From NCBI RefSeq assembly GCF_041886205.1, contig NZ_CP169029.1: a stretch of DNA of 64,000 nucleotides, one strand, 5' to 3'. Both the position numbers and the translations under genes were made by a program. Shown in pieces: positions 52,295 to 62,907 of this stretch. The stretch is from Escherichia coli (GTDB lineage Bacteria; Pseudomonadota; Gammaproteobacteria; Enterobacterales; Enterobacteriaceae). Numbering within the stretch: the stretch's first letter is position 1; every line of letters begins with the position of its first letter. Below the pieces are notes generated by a model. It saw only the letters and a list, made by a program, of their open reading frames with translations. It did no database searches and was not told the DNA's origin.

Positions 52295-53365
52295 ATGGCT
52301 AACGCCTGGCTCAGATTATGGCATGACATGCCAAATGACCCTAAGTGGCGAACAATTGCCAGGGTGTCAGGGCAGCCAATTGCAACAGTGATGGCAGTGT
52401 ATATCCACCTCTTGGTGAGCGCGTCACGAAATGTCACGCGAGGTCACATTGATGTCACGACAGAAGATTTGGCAAGTGCGCTCGACGTGACAGAAGAGGT
52501 AATTGATTCAATTTTGCAGACGATGCAGGGGCGGGTACTTGATGGTGATTTAATCACTGGATGGGAAAAACGCCAGGTGCTTAAAGAGGACAACGGCAAT
52601 ATTTCGCAAACCGCAAAATCTCCTGCAGAGCGCAAGAGGGCGCAGCGAGAGAGGGAAAGAAAGCGGGAACAAAATGGCGATTGTCACGGCGCGTCACGAA
52701 ATGTCACGCACATGTCACGACGAGTCACGACAGATAAAGATACAGATAAAGATACAGATCAAGAAGATCAAAACACTATGGTCCATGGCGTAAAAAACGC
52801 CACGAACCAGGCAGGGGATGTTCAGACCGTCAATCTTGGTCAGCCAGCAGGCACGACACCGGAAGCCGATTCAGCGTATGCGCTGAAAGCCGATTCGGGC
52901 GCTGTGCAGCAGGTGATGACCGCAAGGCCGGAGCAATCACACCAACTGCAGCAGCCCGAAGCCGATTCCGCCATTCAGCGGGAAGCCGATCGGGTAGTCC
53001 CGGAAAACACCGGGCAGTCTGTGGGACGAGTGGATTATCCGGATGTGTTCGAACAGGTCTGGCGGGAGTACCCGTTGCGTGCCGGAGCAAACCCGAAGAA
53101 ATCCGCTTTCAGTGCCTGGAAGGCCAGATTACGCGAGGGGGTGCCACCAGAGGCCATGCTGGATGGCGTGAGGCGTTACGCAAGATACTTGGCGGCTACC
53201 GGGAAAACGGGAACGGAATTTGTTCAGCGAGCGACGACGTTTTTTGGACCGGACCGGAATTTTGAGAACTCCTGGTTGCTCCCGGTAAGCGGCACGAACA
53301 ACCAGCGTTGTGTGAATCATATTTCTGAACCGGATAACGAAATTCCGCCGGGCTTCAGGGGGTAA
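52295..53365 (+). CDS. putative phage replication initiation protein (O/YdaU-like)
   Basis: Position after the cro-like gene; ATG at 52295 with RBS; internal iteron-like DNA repeats. Confidence 0.55.
   Translation: MANAWLRLWHDMPNDPKWRTIARVSGQPIATVMAVYIHLLVSASRNVTRGHIDVTTEDLASALDVTEEVIDSILQTMQGRVLDGDLITGWEKRQVLKEDNGNISQTAKSPAERKRAQRERERKREQNGDCHGASRNVTHMSRRVTTDKDTDKDTDQEDQNTMVHGVKNATNQAGDVQTVNLGQPAGTTPEADSAYALKADSGAVQQVMTARPEQSHQLQQPEADSAIQREADRVVPENTGQSVGRVDYPDVFEQVWREYPLRAGANPKKSAFSAWKARLREGVPPEAMLDGVRRYARYLAATGKTGTEFVQRATTFFGPDRNFENSWLLPVSGTNNQRCVNHISEPDNEIPPGFRG
52421..52760 (+). repeat. iteron-like direct repeats (putative prophage origin) inside the replication gene
   Basis: Exact 19-bp repeat GCGTCACGAAATGTCACGC at 52421-52439 and 52690-52708; about nine GTCAC motifs in two clusters; tandem ACAGATAAAGAT repeat at 52731-52760. 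Confidence 0.65.
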
Positions 53366-53405
53366 GTGTTAATTTCTGGTCATGAGGTAATTTTCAGGAG
53401 GGCTT

Positions 53406-53828
53406 GTGGCAAAAGTTTTTACACAAGAAGAGCGGGAAAAAATTAAAGGGCAGGTTGTTGAACTCGTACGCCAGAGTGGGCGCGAGACGTTAAGACAACT
53501 GGAAACTAAAACTGGGGCAACAAAATATATGATGAACGTTCTGGCCAGAGAGCTGGTTGCCAGTGGCGATGTATACAACTCTGGTTACGGGTTATTCCCG
53601 TCTGAACAGGCGCGTAAGGACTGGCAAAATGCCCGTAAAAAGCTCTCAAGGGCAAAGCTGAAGAAACCATCTGCGGTTGATCCGGACCTTATCTGGTCAT
53701 TACCTGATGGAGAAATACGTCGTTACGACAGGCGTCATAATATGATTTGTACTGAGTGTCGTAAAAGCGAAGTTATGCAGCGCATATTGTCGTTTTATCA
53801 GGGGGATGTTCGGTATTTATTGAAGTGA
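53406..53828 (+). CDS. hypothetical prophage protein
   Basis: 140-aa ORF with GTG start and RBS AGGAGGG 6 nt upstream. Confidence 0.45.
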   Translation: MAKVFTQEEREKIKGQVVELVRQSGRETLRQLETKTGATKYMMNVLARELVASGDVYNSGYGLFPSEQARKDWQNARKKLSRAKLKKPSAVDPDLIWSLPDGEIRRYDRRHNMICTECRKSEVMQRILSFYQGDVRYLLK

Positions 53829-54223
53829 CGAGATTAAAGTGCATTAGTTCAGATGCAAATTGACATTTTGTGGCACAGGGTAGAGCTAGCGTGGTTGTCC
53901 GCTTTGTGCCAACAGCGGACATTATGGAAGGTCAGAGTTAAAGATTAAAATGGGATGCTGTGTGTTTTCTCCAGGTTTTGCTCTATACCTTTCGGGATAC
54001 TCCACCGACAGAATACGAAAATCAACATTATCAACGGCTCGAAGTGTCTAGATTATCCATGGCAATTCATGGGAAATCCCATCCAACGGCTTATGCTTCA
54101 TGTTGCTTTTTGAGATCGCTTCTAGCATAGCTCCACTCAATAATGTTGTCGGGTCGTTGCTGATCGAAAAGGATACGGGATTCAATACCATTACCTAAAA
54201 AGCTGGTACCGGAACTCGGGCTG

Positions 54224-55228
54224 GTGGTCGTTAAGCCGGGCCGTGAATCCATGCCGGTATTCCACAATACCCGGGTACTGGTGGAGCCGGAACCGAAAAG
54301 CATGCGTAATCTGCCGTCCGGGGTCGTTCCTGCCGTTCGCCAGCCGCTGGTGGAAGACAAAACATTGCTGCCGTTTTTCAGTAACGCACGGGTAATTCGT
54401 GCTGCTGGTGGTGCTGGTGCATTGTCTGACTGGCTGTTGCGCCATATTAAATCCTGCCAGTGGCCACACGGCGATTATCATCACAGCGAAACCGTTATTC
54501 ACCGATATGGTACCGGCGCAATGGTGTTGTGCTGGCACTGCGACAACCAGCTGCGTGACCAGACATCCGAATCACTCGAGCAACTTGCTCATCAAAACCT
54601 GTCAGCATGGATGATTGACGTCATCGGTCACGCAATAAGCGGTACGCAGGAGCGTGAATTATCTCTGGCTGAATTATCCTGGTGGGCGGTCCGCAATCAG
54701 CTGGCGGACGCGCTACCGGAAGCGGTATTACGTCGCTCGCTGGGATTACCAGCGGAAAAAATCTGCTCGGTGTACCGCGAAAGCGACATCGTACCGGGAG
54801 AGCAGACCGCCACCAGCATATTGAAACAGCGCACAAAAAATCTTGCACCGTTGCCTCACGCCCACCAGCAACAAAACCCATCACAGGAAAAGACGGTGGT
54901 AAGCATCACCGTTGATCCAGAGTCTCCGGAATCTTTCATGAAGCTGCCTAAACGTCACCGGTGGGTTAAGGAGAAATACACACGCTGGGTTAAGACACAG
55001 CCGTGTGCTTGCTGCGGTATGCCAGCCGACGATCCGCATCATCTGATTGGTCACGGGCAGGGCGGAATGGGAACCAAAGCACATGATCTCTTTGTTTTGC
55101 CTTTGTGCAGAAAGCATCACGACGAGTTGCATACGGATACCGTGGCATTTGAAGAGAAGTATGGCTCCCAACTGGAGCTGATTTTTCGATTTATCGATCG
55201 CGCGCTGGCAATTGGTGTGCTGGCCTAA
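54224..55228 (+). CDS. DUF968-family prophage protein with C-terminal Cys/His (HNH-like) motif
   Basis: C-terminus …[43 protein letters not shown]…; start uncertain (GTG 54224 or ATG 54251). Confidence 0.55.
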   Translation: MVVKPGRESMPVFHNTRVLVEPEPKSMRNLPSGVVPAVRQPLVEDKTLLPFFSNARVIRAAGGAGALSDWLLRHIKSCQWPHGDYHHSETVIHRYGTGAMVLCWHCDNQLRDQTSESLEQLAHQNLSAWMIDVIGHAISGTQERELSLAELSWWAVRNQLADALPEAVLRRSLGLPAEKICSVYRESDIVPGEQTATSILKQRTKNLAPLPHAHQQQNPSQEKTVVSITVDPESPESFMKLPKRHRWVKEKYTRWVKTQPCACCGMPADDPHHLIGHGQGGMGTKAHDLFVLPLCRKHHDELHTDTVAFEEKYGSQLELIFRFIDRALAIGVLA

Positions 55229-55245
55229 TTTTGTGGAGTAAGTTG

Positions 55246-55623
55246 ATGCGTGATATTCAGATGGTTCTTGAGCGTTGGGGGGCATGGGCGGCTAATAATC
55301 ATGAAGATGTGACCTGGTCGTCCATTGCCGCCGGTTTTAAGGGATTAATTCCTTCAAAAGTAAGATCTCGTCCGCAATGCTGTGACGATGACGCGATGAT
55401 CATTTGTGAATGTATGGCTCGCCTGAAAAAAAACAACAGCGATTTACATGATTTATTGGTGGACTATTATGTCGGCGGCATGACTTTTATGGCGCTTGCA
55501 CATAAGCATGGGCGATCTGATTGTTGGGTTGGCAGGATGCTCCAGAAAGCTGAGGGCGTAGTGGAGGGCATGCTGATGGTGTTGGATCTCCGATTGGAGA
55601 TGGATGCTGATTGTTCGAAATAA
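55246..55623 (+). CDS. putative late-gene antiterminator (small Q-like family)
   Basis: 125-aa ORF with RBS GGAG, located just upstream of a terminator and the lysis region; family assignment from memory. Confidence 0.45.
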   Translation: MRDIQMVLERWGAWAANNHEDVTWSSIAAGFKGLIPSKVRSRPQCCDDDAMIICECMARLKKNNSDLHDLLVDYYVGGMTFMALAHKHGRSDCWVGRMLQKAEGVVEGMLMVLDLRLEMDADCSK

Positions 55624-55721
55624 TTAAAGGAAAAGTTGCTGTCTGATTTTCATTAGTCTAACATTTTAAATGTTGGAATCGCAACGTAGTTATTATCATA
55701 TAACAGCTTGTTTCCTGATTT

Positions 55722-55750
55722 AGCCAGCCTCCCCAAAGGCTGGTTTTTTT
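55722..55750 (+). terminator. intrinsic terminator about 100 bp downstream of the Q-like gene (candidate tR')
   Basis: Hairpin GCCAGCC-TCCCCAAA-GGCTGG followed by a T7 run. Confidence 0.6.
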
Positions 55751-55778
55751 CTAATAAGTATCATTTCGGGTGGGGATT

Positions 55779-56303
55779 TTATTGTTTAACCCATAATAGT
55801 TCATTGACATTGAATCCCAACTTTTGAGCGGTACGCACATAGTCTGCTTTTACATTATCTGGAATAGTTTGGGTCCTTGCCAGAATCCATAGGTATTCTC
55901 TGTTCGGACCACTGACAAGAGCATACTTATACTCATCATCCAGTTTGATTACATTATAGCCACCATAGAAGGGGCCAAAAAACGAAACTTTCAACGCTGC
56001 AGTTTTAGTATCTCCAGTAAAGTATGCTTTACCTTCGCTCTCGCTCCATTTGTTTTTCGTTGGATCGTATCCACGGTTAAGTACGCGAATCCCTCCGTCG
56101 TTCCGTTTTTCATAAGTAGCGCTGACCTGTTCCAGACCACGTTCGAACCAGTTCTCGAGGCGAGCTATTTCATACCATTTTCCGAGGTAGCGGTTGGCGT
56201 CAAAATTTGTAATCGGCTGCACACCTTTAGGTGGTGTCGGGGCCTTACATGCTATAAGAGTGAAAGAGAGTGCAATGCCAGTCAACACAGGCCATAACTT
56301 CAT
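55779..56303 (-). CDS. outer-membrane lipocalin lipoprotein (Blc-like)
   Basis: 174-aa ORF with lipobox (LIAC) and lipocalin motifs (…NFDANRYLGKWYEIARL…, …KVSFFGPFYGGYNVI…). Confidence 0.75.
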   Translation of the reverse strand: MKLWPVLTGIALSFTLIACKAPTPPKGVQPITNFDANRYLGKWYEIARLENWFERGLEQVSATYEKRNDGGIRVLNRGYDPTKNKWSESEGKAYFTGDTKTAALKVSFFGPFYGGYNVIKLDDEYKYALVSGPNREYLWILARTQTIPDNVKADYVRTAQKLGFNVNELLWVKQ

Positions 56304-56495
56304 AATAAATCCTGTACTTTTGATAGTTGAGAGTAAGTATGAAAGATAGATGAGTACGACCGATCACTTAAAGAACTTTCCTACTATATTAGGAATAGTC
56401 AATAACAGAAAAATTGTCAGTGATGAAGCCAGAAAGGCAATTTAGTCCGTGCACTACAAAGTTTATGTGTTAATGAATTAGTCAAGGGGGAGGAA

Positions 56496-57455
56496 ATGAT
56501 AAAAAAACCTGTGATTGGGATCAGCGGTTGTTTGGGCGGTTCTGCTGTTCGTTTTGATGGTGGTCACAAAAGAGATGACTTTTTAATGGACAAATTAGTG
56601 GAATGGGTAACATTCAGACCAGTATGTCCGGAAATGGCTATAGGGCTGCCAGTTCCGCGTCCTGCTCTACGACTTGTGCGCTCGAAGCAAGGAAATATAC
56701 GGATGTGTTTCAGCCACGACCAGAATGAGGATGTGACAGAGAGAATGACAGAGTTTAGTCGTTCTTATATGGACAAATTAAAGGATGTATCGGGGTTTGT
56801 GGTTTGTGCTAAATCTCCCAGCTGTGGCATGGAGCGCGTGCGTGTCTATGATGAAAATGGTAATCGAGGTCGTAAAGATGGAGTGGGACTATTTACGAGC
56901 ACTTTGATGGAAAAGTTTTCCTGGCTACCGGTTGAAGAGGATGGGCGATTACATGATCCAGTGCTTCGTGAGAATTTTATTGAAAGAGTTTTTGCTTTGC
57001 ATGAGCTCAATCACCTTTACAAGGAGAAATTATCAAGAAGAGAGTTATTAGCTTTTCATAGTCGTTATAAGCTTCAGTTGTTGGCGCATAGCCAGGCAGG
57101 CTATAAAGATATGGGACCATTTGTGGCTGCAATACACGAGTGGGCGGACCTTGAATCATACTTTGAGGTGTATCGTGATAATCTGATGGCGATTCTCAGA
57201 AAACCAGCATCACGTAAAAATCACACGAATGTGCTGATGCATATACAGGGGTATTTTAGTAATTACTTAAGTACACGCCAGCGTAAAGAGTTGAGCGAGG
57301 TTATACTTAACTATCGCTTTGGCACATTGCCTCTTCTTGCGCCGTTGACTCTGCTGAAGCATTATCTGGGTGAGTATCCTAATGATTACTTGCTTACACA
57401 GAATTACTTCGATCCCTATCCGGAAGAACTGGCTCTAAGACTGATGGTGAATTAA
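56496..57455 (+). CDS. DUF523/DUF1722 fusion protein (YbgA-like C-terminal half)
   Basis: 319-aa ORF with conserved Cys residues in the N-terminal half; family call from memory. Confidence 0.5.
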   Translation: MIKKPVIGISGCLGGSAVRFDGGHKRDDFLMDKLVEWVTFRPVCPEMAIGLPVPRPALRLVRSKQGNIRMCFSHDQNEDVTERMTEFSRSYMDKLKDVSGFVVCAKSPSCGMERVRVYDENGNRGRKDGVGLFTSTLMEKFSWLPVEEDGRLHDPVLRENFIERVFALHELNHLYKEKLSRRELLAFHSRYKLQLLAHSQAGYKDMGPFVAAIHEWADLESYFEVYRDNLMAILRKPASRKNHTNVLMHIQGYFSNYLSTRQRKELSEVILNYRFGTLPLLAPLTLLKHYLGEYPNDYLLTQNYFDPYPEELALRLMVN

Positions 57456-57861
57456 CTGTATGCGATATCATCTGAAAGTGATGAGTTCCTGTATGCAGGA
57501 TATTTACAATCGTAAAAACTACGCTATGATGCTCATAGTGTCAGTTTTTATAAAAATCCTGTTCACGCTAAAGAAAACATTGAGATGCAATTTAATGTTG
57601 GTAAACATACCAACCCCAAAAGATTTTATTCAATCTGTTTTTATATGAAGATATTTCAAGTGAATATAAAGAGCATATAATATTATTATTGCACGCAGCT
57701 ATTATAATATAACAGATTAGTTTAATGATTTGTTTTTTGTGAGTTAAACACATGGTTTTATAGTTGTGATGCAATGAGATTTTCCTTATTGTTGAACTGG
57801 CGAATATTGATTTTCCACCTATACTTACCTGGTGTAACCCCAATGATATCAGGTGGATAAT

Positions 57862-58575
57862 ATGTCATACATATGTTCTATCATTTTGGTGTTGAACTCG
57901 TTTGGTGTCCGAATTGGTAAAGAAGATATTTTGTTTAAAAAAGGAAATGCTGTCCTCATTGAATACAATTTAAAAGATCTTTTTTCGTCAAATACAGATC
58001 ATCTAATGATCGTAGATGTTGAGGAGAAAACAGTTAATGATTTCTTTAAAAACTACACACTCTCACCTTTTTCTGTAAGAAGGTTTTATCCGTCATACTT
58101 GATAGTAGAATGTGAAGATTTTTCATTGTTAAAGAACTTGGTTGCATGCTTGAATTGTGATAGCAAAACCGTGGATGTAGTTAGAAATCAAATATCACTT
58201 GCATGTCTTGCTGTCTTATCTTCAGAGAAAATAGTGCAAAGTTTTTTGTTCGGAAGTCTTAATAGCTTAGGTTGTAAAGTTAAGGCTATTATTCACTCGG
58301 ATATCTCAGCGTCATGGAGACTTTGTGATATATCTTCAAGATTATATATGAGCGAGAGTTTGTTAAAAAGAAAATTAAAAGACGAAGGATTATCGTTTAG
58401 TAAATTAATTCTTGAAGAACGAATGATGATGGCGCAAAGATTATTGATCTACAGTAACCATACTGTCGGCAAGGTGGCGGGAATATGCGGGTATGACAAT
58501 GCATCATATTTTGTAAGTGTTTTTAGAGGATATTTTGGTGTGCCTCCGCACCAATATTTATCAAGATTTTCTTAG
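57862..58575 (+). CDS. AraC-family transcriptional regulator
   Basis: C-terminal AraC-type HTH (…LLIYSNHTVGKVAGICGYDNASYFVSVFRGYFGVPPHQY…); RBS AGGTGG before ATG at 57862; gene and flanks visibly AT-rich. Confidence 0.75.
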   Translation: MSYICSIILVLNSFGVRIGKEDILFKKGNAVLIEYNLKDLFSSNTDHLMIVDVEEKTVNDFFKNYTLSPFSVRRFYPSYLIVECEDFSLLKNLVACLNCDSKTVDVVRNQISLACLAVLSSEKIVQSFLFGSLNSLGCKVKAIIHSDISASWRLCDISSRLYMSESLLKRKLKDEGLSFSKLILEERMMMAQRLLIYSNHTVGKVAGICGYDNASYFVSVFRGYFGVPPHQYLSRFS

Positions 58576-58765
58576 AAGATATGATGTGATGGCATTTTAT
58601 AAAGTTATTTTTTGAAGTGTAAGATTATACGATATTTTTAGCTACGCCAGAATAATTGCTGGCGTTTTTCTTTTTGAATAGATGTTCGGGCCTTACGCTA
58701 ATGTAACTTCTTTCCTTCTTCGAACCAAACCGTGTACACCATCCGTTATCTGCGGAGGTGAGGCT

Positions 58766-58981
58766 ATGAAATCCATGGATAAGTTAACAACGGGCATCGC
58801 CTACAGCACCTCTGCAGGCAGTGCTGGCTACTGGTTTTTACAGTTGCTCGATAAAGTCACGCCCTCACAGTGGGCGGCAATAGGTGTATTGGGTAGTCTG
58901 GTATTTGGCATGCTGACGTATCTGACAAATCTTTATTTCAAGATTAAAGAAGACAGGCGTAAGGCTGCGAGAGGAGAGTAA
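58766..58981 (+). CDS. phage holin, class II (S21-like pinholin)
   Basis: 71-aa product [26 protein letters not shown]... with two TM segments; RBS GGAGGTGA; first gene of lysis cassette. Confidence 0.85.
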   Translation: MKSMDKLTTGIAYSTSAGSAGYWFLQLLDKVTPSQWAAIGVLGSLVFGMLTYLTNLYFKIKEDRRKAARGE

Positions 58982-58985
58982 TCCA

Positions 58986-59297
58986 ATGACTCAAGACTAT
59001 GAACTGGTTGTGAAAGGAGTCCGTAATTTTGAGAATAAAGTTACGGTAACTGTAGCCTTACAGGACAAAGAACGCTTTGACGGTGAAATTTTTGGCCTGG
59101 ATGTCGCCATGGACCGTGTTGAAGGAGCTGCGCTGGAGTTTTATGAGGCAGCAGCCAGAATGAGCGTCCGGCAAGTCTTCCTGGAAGTAGCAGAAAAATT
59201 GTCAGAAAAAGTTGAGTCTTATCTGCAGCATCAGTACTCCTTTAAGATTGAAAATCCTGACAATAAGCACGAGCGTCCTCATCATAAATATCTATGA
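58986..59297 (+). CDS. YdfR-like hypothetical protein located between holin and endolysin
   Basis: 103-aa ORF; same position and size as ydfR in K-12 Qin (recalled). Confidence 0.55.
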   Translation: MTQDYELVVKGVRNFENKVTVTVALQDKERFDGEIFGLDVAMDRVEGAALEFYEAAARMSVRQVFLEVAEKLSEKVESYLQHQYSFKIENPDNKHERPHHKYL

Positions 59298-59823
59298 ACA
59301 CAAAAATCAGATACGGCCTGTCGGCTGCCGTTCTGGCGCTGATTGGTGCTGGCGCATCTGCTCCTCAGATACTTGACCAGTTTCTGGACGAAAAAGAAGG
59401 TAACCACACAATGGCATACCGCGATGGTTCTGGCATATGGACCATCTGTCGGGGTGCCACAGTGGTGGATGGAAAAAACGTTTTTCCCAATATGAAACTG
59501 TCGAAGGAAAAATGCGACCAGGTCAACGCCATTGAGCGTGATAAGGCGCTGGCATGGGTGGAGCGCAATATAAAAGTTCCACTGACCGAGCCACAGAAAG
59601 CCGGTATCGCGTCATTCTGTCCCTATAACATTGGCCCTGGTAAGTGTTTTCCGTCGACGTTTTATAAGCGGCTTAATGCCGGTGATCGTAAAGGCGCATG
59701 CGAGGCGATTCGCTGGTGGATAAAGGACGGTGGACGTGATTGCCGCATTCGTTCAAATAATTGTTACGGTCAGGTTATTCGTCGTGACCAGGAGAGTGCA
59801 TTAACCTGCTGGGGGATAGAACA

Positions 59824-59827
<4 letters not shown>
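59294..59827 (+). CDS. phage endolysin, GH24 lysozyme with N-terminal signal-anchor-release (SAR) segment
   Basis: 177-aa ORF; hydrophobic Gly/Ala-rich N-terminus (…LSAAVLALIGAGASA…) followed by lysozyme domain. Confidence 0.85.
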
Positions 59828-60320
<493 letters not shown>

Positions 60321-60683
60321 GGTAATATTAAATCGGAACATTTACATCGCGGAATGTAAAATTTAAATAAAAAGGACTCTTCCATGAGCCAAAATTCCTG
60401 AAATCTTAAGGGTAAGATAAAAGGTCTTAATCAGAATGACACGTTATTATTAATAAATAAAGCTATTCTTTCATTGCTGTGTTTTTCTTTACAAAAGTAA
60501 TCCTTGCTATGGGTGGTTAATCATGCGTTAATGGTGTTCTGGTTTGTTACAAATTTATCTGAAGCAGTCATTGTTATAATTTTATTATTTGTACCTCTTG
60601 AGATTTCCTTGTTGGTTTTTCTCTCTGATATTTTTTTTCGGACCATTCTGCCCAAGGGCTAATTTCTTCAAAAGGTAATAATT

Positions 60684-60896
60684 ATGTCTAACAAAATGAC
60701 TGGTTTAGTGAAATGGTTTAACCCTGAAAAAGGTTTTGGTTTCATCACGCCGAAAGATGGCAGCAAAGATGTGTTTGTCCATTTCTCAGCAATTCAGAGC
60801 AACGATTTCAAAACATTAACTGAGAATCAGGAAGTTGAATTTGGTATTGAGAACGGACCTAAAGGTCCTGCCGCTGTTCATGTAGTGGCGCTTTGA
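60684..60896 (+). CDS. cspI: cold-shock protein (CspA family), prophage-encoded
   Basis: 70-aa [41 protein letters not shown]...; preceded by a long AT-rich leader. Confidence 0.8.
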   Translation: MSNKMTGLVKWFNPEKGFGFITPKDGSKDVFVHFSAIQSNDFKTLTENQEVEFGIENGPKGPAAVHVVAL

Positions 60897-61167
60897 GGTA
60901 GACAATATTACAAACCATATTCACTTTAGATGCCCGTGTTGTCATGGTTCCCAGTATAGAACATCATCTTTTGATGTTTCTGACATGAATCCTTTCGGGG
61001 CAAAATGTATCTTTTGTAAATCAATGATGATTACATTTGATAATATTTCACAATACTTAAATGCCAGCCGTCTGTCGTTGGATTTAAAAAAGTGAAAATG
61101 AAGGCTCCTTCGGGAGTTTTTTTGCTTGGTATCTATTCGATGGATACTCACATACTACGGTAACATC

Positions 61168-61398
61168 ATGAAAAAAATCATAGTTTTTTTTAACTCTGAA
61201 CCAGCAGTGGTAGTGCCAGCGATGACTGGAGTTAACACCATCATGCGTGAATATCCAAATGGCGAAAAAACACACCTTACTGTAATGGCCGCAGGGTTTC
61301 CATCTCTGACCGGAGATCATAAAGTCATTTATGTAGCAGCGGATCGACATGTAACTTCAGAAGAAATTCTGGAAGCAGCAATGAGACTCTTGAATTGA
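61168..61398 (+). CDS. hypothetical small prophage protein
   Basis: 76-aa ORF from ATG at 61168 (MKKIIVFF...); weak RBS. Confidence 0.35.
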   Translation: MKKIIVFFNSEPAVVVPAMTGVNTIMREYPNGEKTHLTVMAAGFPSLTGDHKVIYVAADRHVTSEEILEAAMRLLN

Positions 61399-61570
61399 TT
61401 TGATTCTAATGCATTGATAATAAATGATAATCATCTTTATCTGTTTGTGTGAAATTTAGACCGTCGTATGTTGATTATTGCGATGTTTCATCTTATCTTT
61501 TATACGTTTGCTCCATATAATTGACACTACTGTGTACCAGGACAGTCATAACAGACTAAAAGAGGAAATG

Positions 61571-61744
61571 ATGAACATTGAAGAGTTAAAAACAAAAACA
61601 GAAGCAGATATTTCTGAATATATAACAAAAAAAATCATTGAGCTTAAGAAAAAGACCGGGAAAGAAGTTACCAGTATCCAGTTTACTGCACGGGAAAAAA
61701 TGACTGGTCTTGAAAGCTATGATATCAAGATTGATTTAATCTAG
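61571..61744 (+). CDS. gnsB: GnsA/GnsB-family small protein
   Basis: 57-aa product MNIEELKTKTEADISEYITKKIIELKKKTGKEV...REKMTGLESYDIKIDLI. Confidence 0.75.
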   Translation: MNIEELKTKTEADISEYITKKIIELKKKTGKEVTSIQFTAREKMTGLESYDIKIDLI

Positions 61745-62039
61745 CATGTTTATAGTATTAGCATCAATTTCTCATCAGATGCTATTCAACAATACAAATT
61801 ACCCATAAACCTCGTTTTTACGGGGTTTTGTTATATTTAAACATTACCGAATAGATATAAATCTCGATTGTCGATGGTATTGGTTATGTGACAATACCTA
61901 GTCTTTCCGGTATGCCTGAAGAGAATACAAACGACAGATTATGTAAGGGAAACGCGCTGAAACTTTCACTCTTTCATGCTGAGTGATTTGACGTTATATT
62001 TTTAGCCGCAAGTGAAGAGCAAACGAATGGAGCGACAAA

Positions 62040-62246
62040 ATGCATAAAGATCAATACACTGATGCCCCCTCCCAGGAGCAGGTTCGTGTAAAAACTATGC
62101 TTAATAGCACCATTTCGATGGGTTACCCGGATGTTGTAATTGCATGTATAGAACATCAAGTATCTCTGGAAGCATTCAGGGCAATTGAGGCCGCGTTAGT
62201 AAAGCACGATAAGAATACGAAGGATTATTCCCTGGTGGTTGACTGA
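62040..62246 (+). CDS. hypothetical small prophage protein
   Basis: 68-aa ORF; no recognised family. Confidence 0.3.
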   Translation: MHKDQYTDAPSQEQVRVKTMLNSTISMGYPDVVIACIEHQVSLEAFRAIEAALVKHDKNTKDYSLVVD

Positions 62247-62469
62247 TCACCATAACTGCTAACCATTCTGACCATTTCACAAGTGACAGAGTCAATATCG
62301 TATTCTGTCACTGTAAGGCTAATACAGTACTGCAATTCAACTACAGCAATGCCTCGTATTTAGGTGAATTTACAATATCGTCCAGTTCGGATGCCGGCTG
62401 CATTTCTGAAGATAAGGCATTTCGGTTCGCGTATTTTCCCCTCATGCTCGTCAGTCCTGCGCGTAGTAA

Positions 62470-62838
62470 GAAACACCAAACGGGACGGTTACAGTCACCA
62501 TAAGCGATGATCATAACTTTGACCGTCAAATCATTATTCCGCCCATTATCTTTAACGGAATAGCGTATAGCGATCCGGGAAGTGGTAATAACCCGGGAGG
62601 TACAAGATACACGGGTTATGGTTTTGAAGTTCGCAAAAACGGTGTATTAATCGCATCCAGAGAAACTAAAGGGGCCATTCCCGGTAGCTACAGTGCGGTT
62701 ATTGATATGCCGAGTGGCAGGGGAAGCGTCACTCTGGAGTTTAAGGTTTTCCATAAAGGCAATCAGTGGGCAGGTAATATCACCGACTGTACGGTGATTG
62801 TGACCAAAAAAGCCGCTTCCGGCATCAGTATTCGTTGA
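62470..62838 (+). pseudogene. 3' remnant of an upstream tail gene (host-specificity J-like), no start codon
   Basis: 123-codon open frame ending at TGA 62836-62838 with no in-frame start; lies immediately upstream of lom as J does in lambda. Confidence 0.4.
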
Positions 62839-62907
62839 AATTGTTATAACCCATATAAGGGCACCAGAAATGGTGCCTTTTTTATTGCAGAAAAGCGAGA
62901 GGTAATT

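Noticed and set aside
52421-52760. Possible CRISPR array suggested by the repeated GTCACG-containing units
   Set aside because: Repeats are short and irregularly spaced, lie inside a coding frame, and have no adjacent cas genes; they fit iterons better
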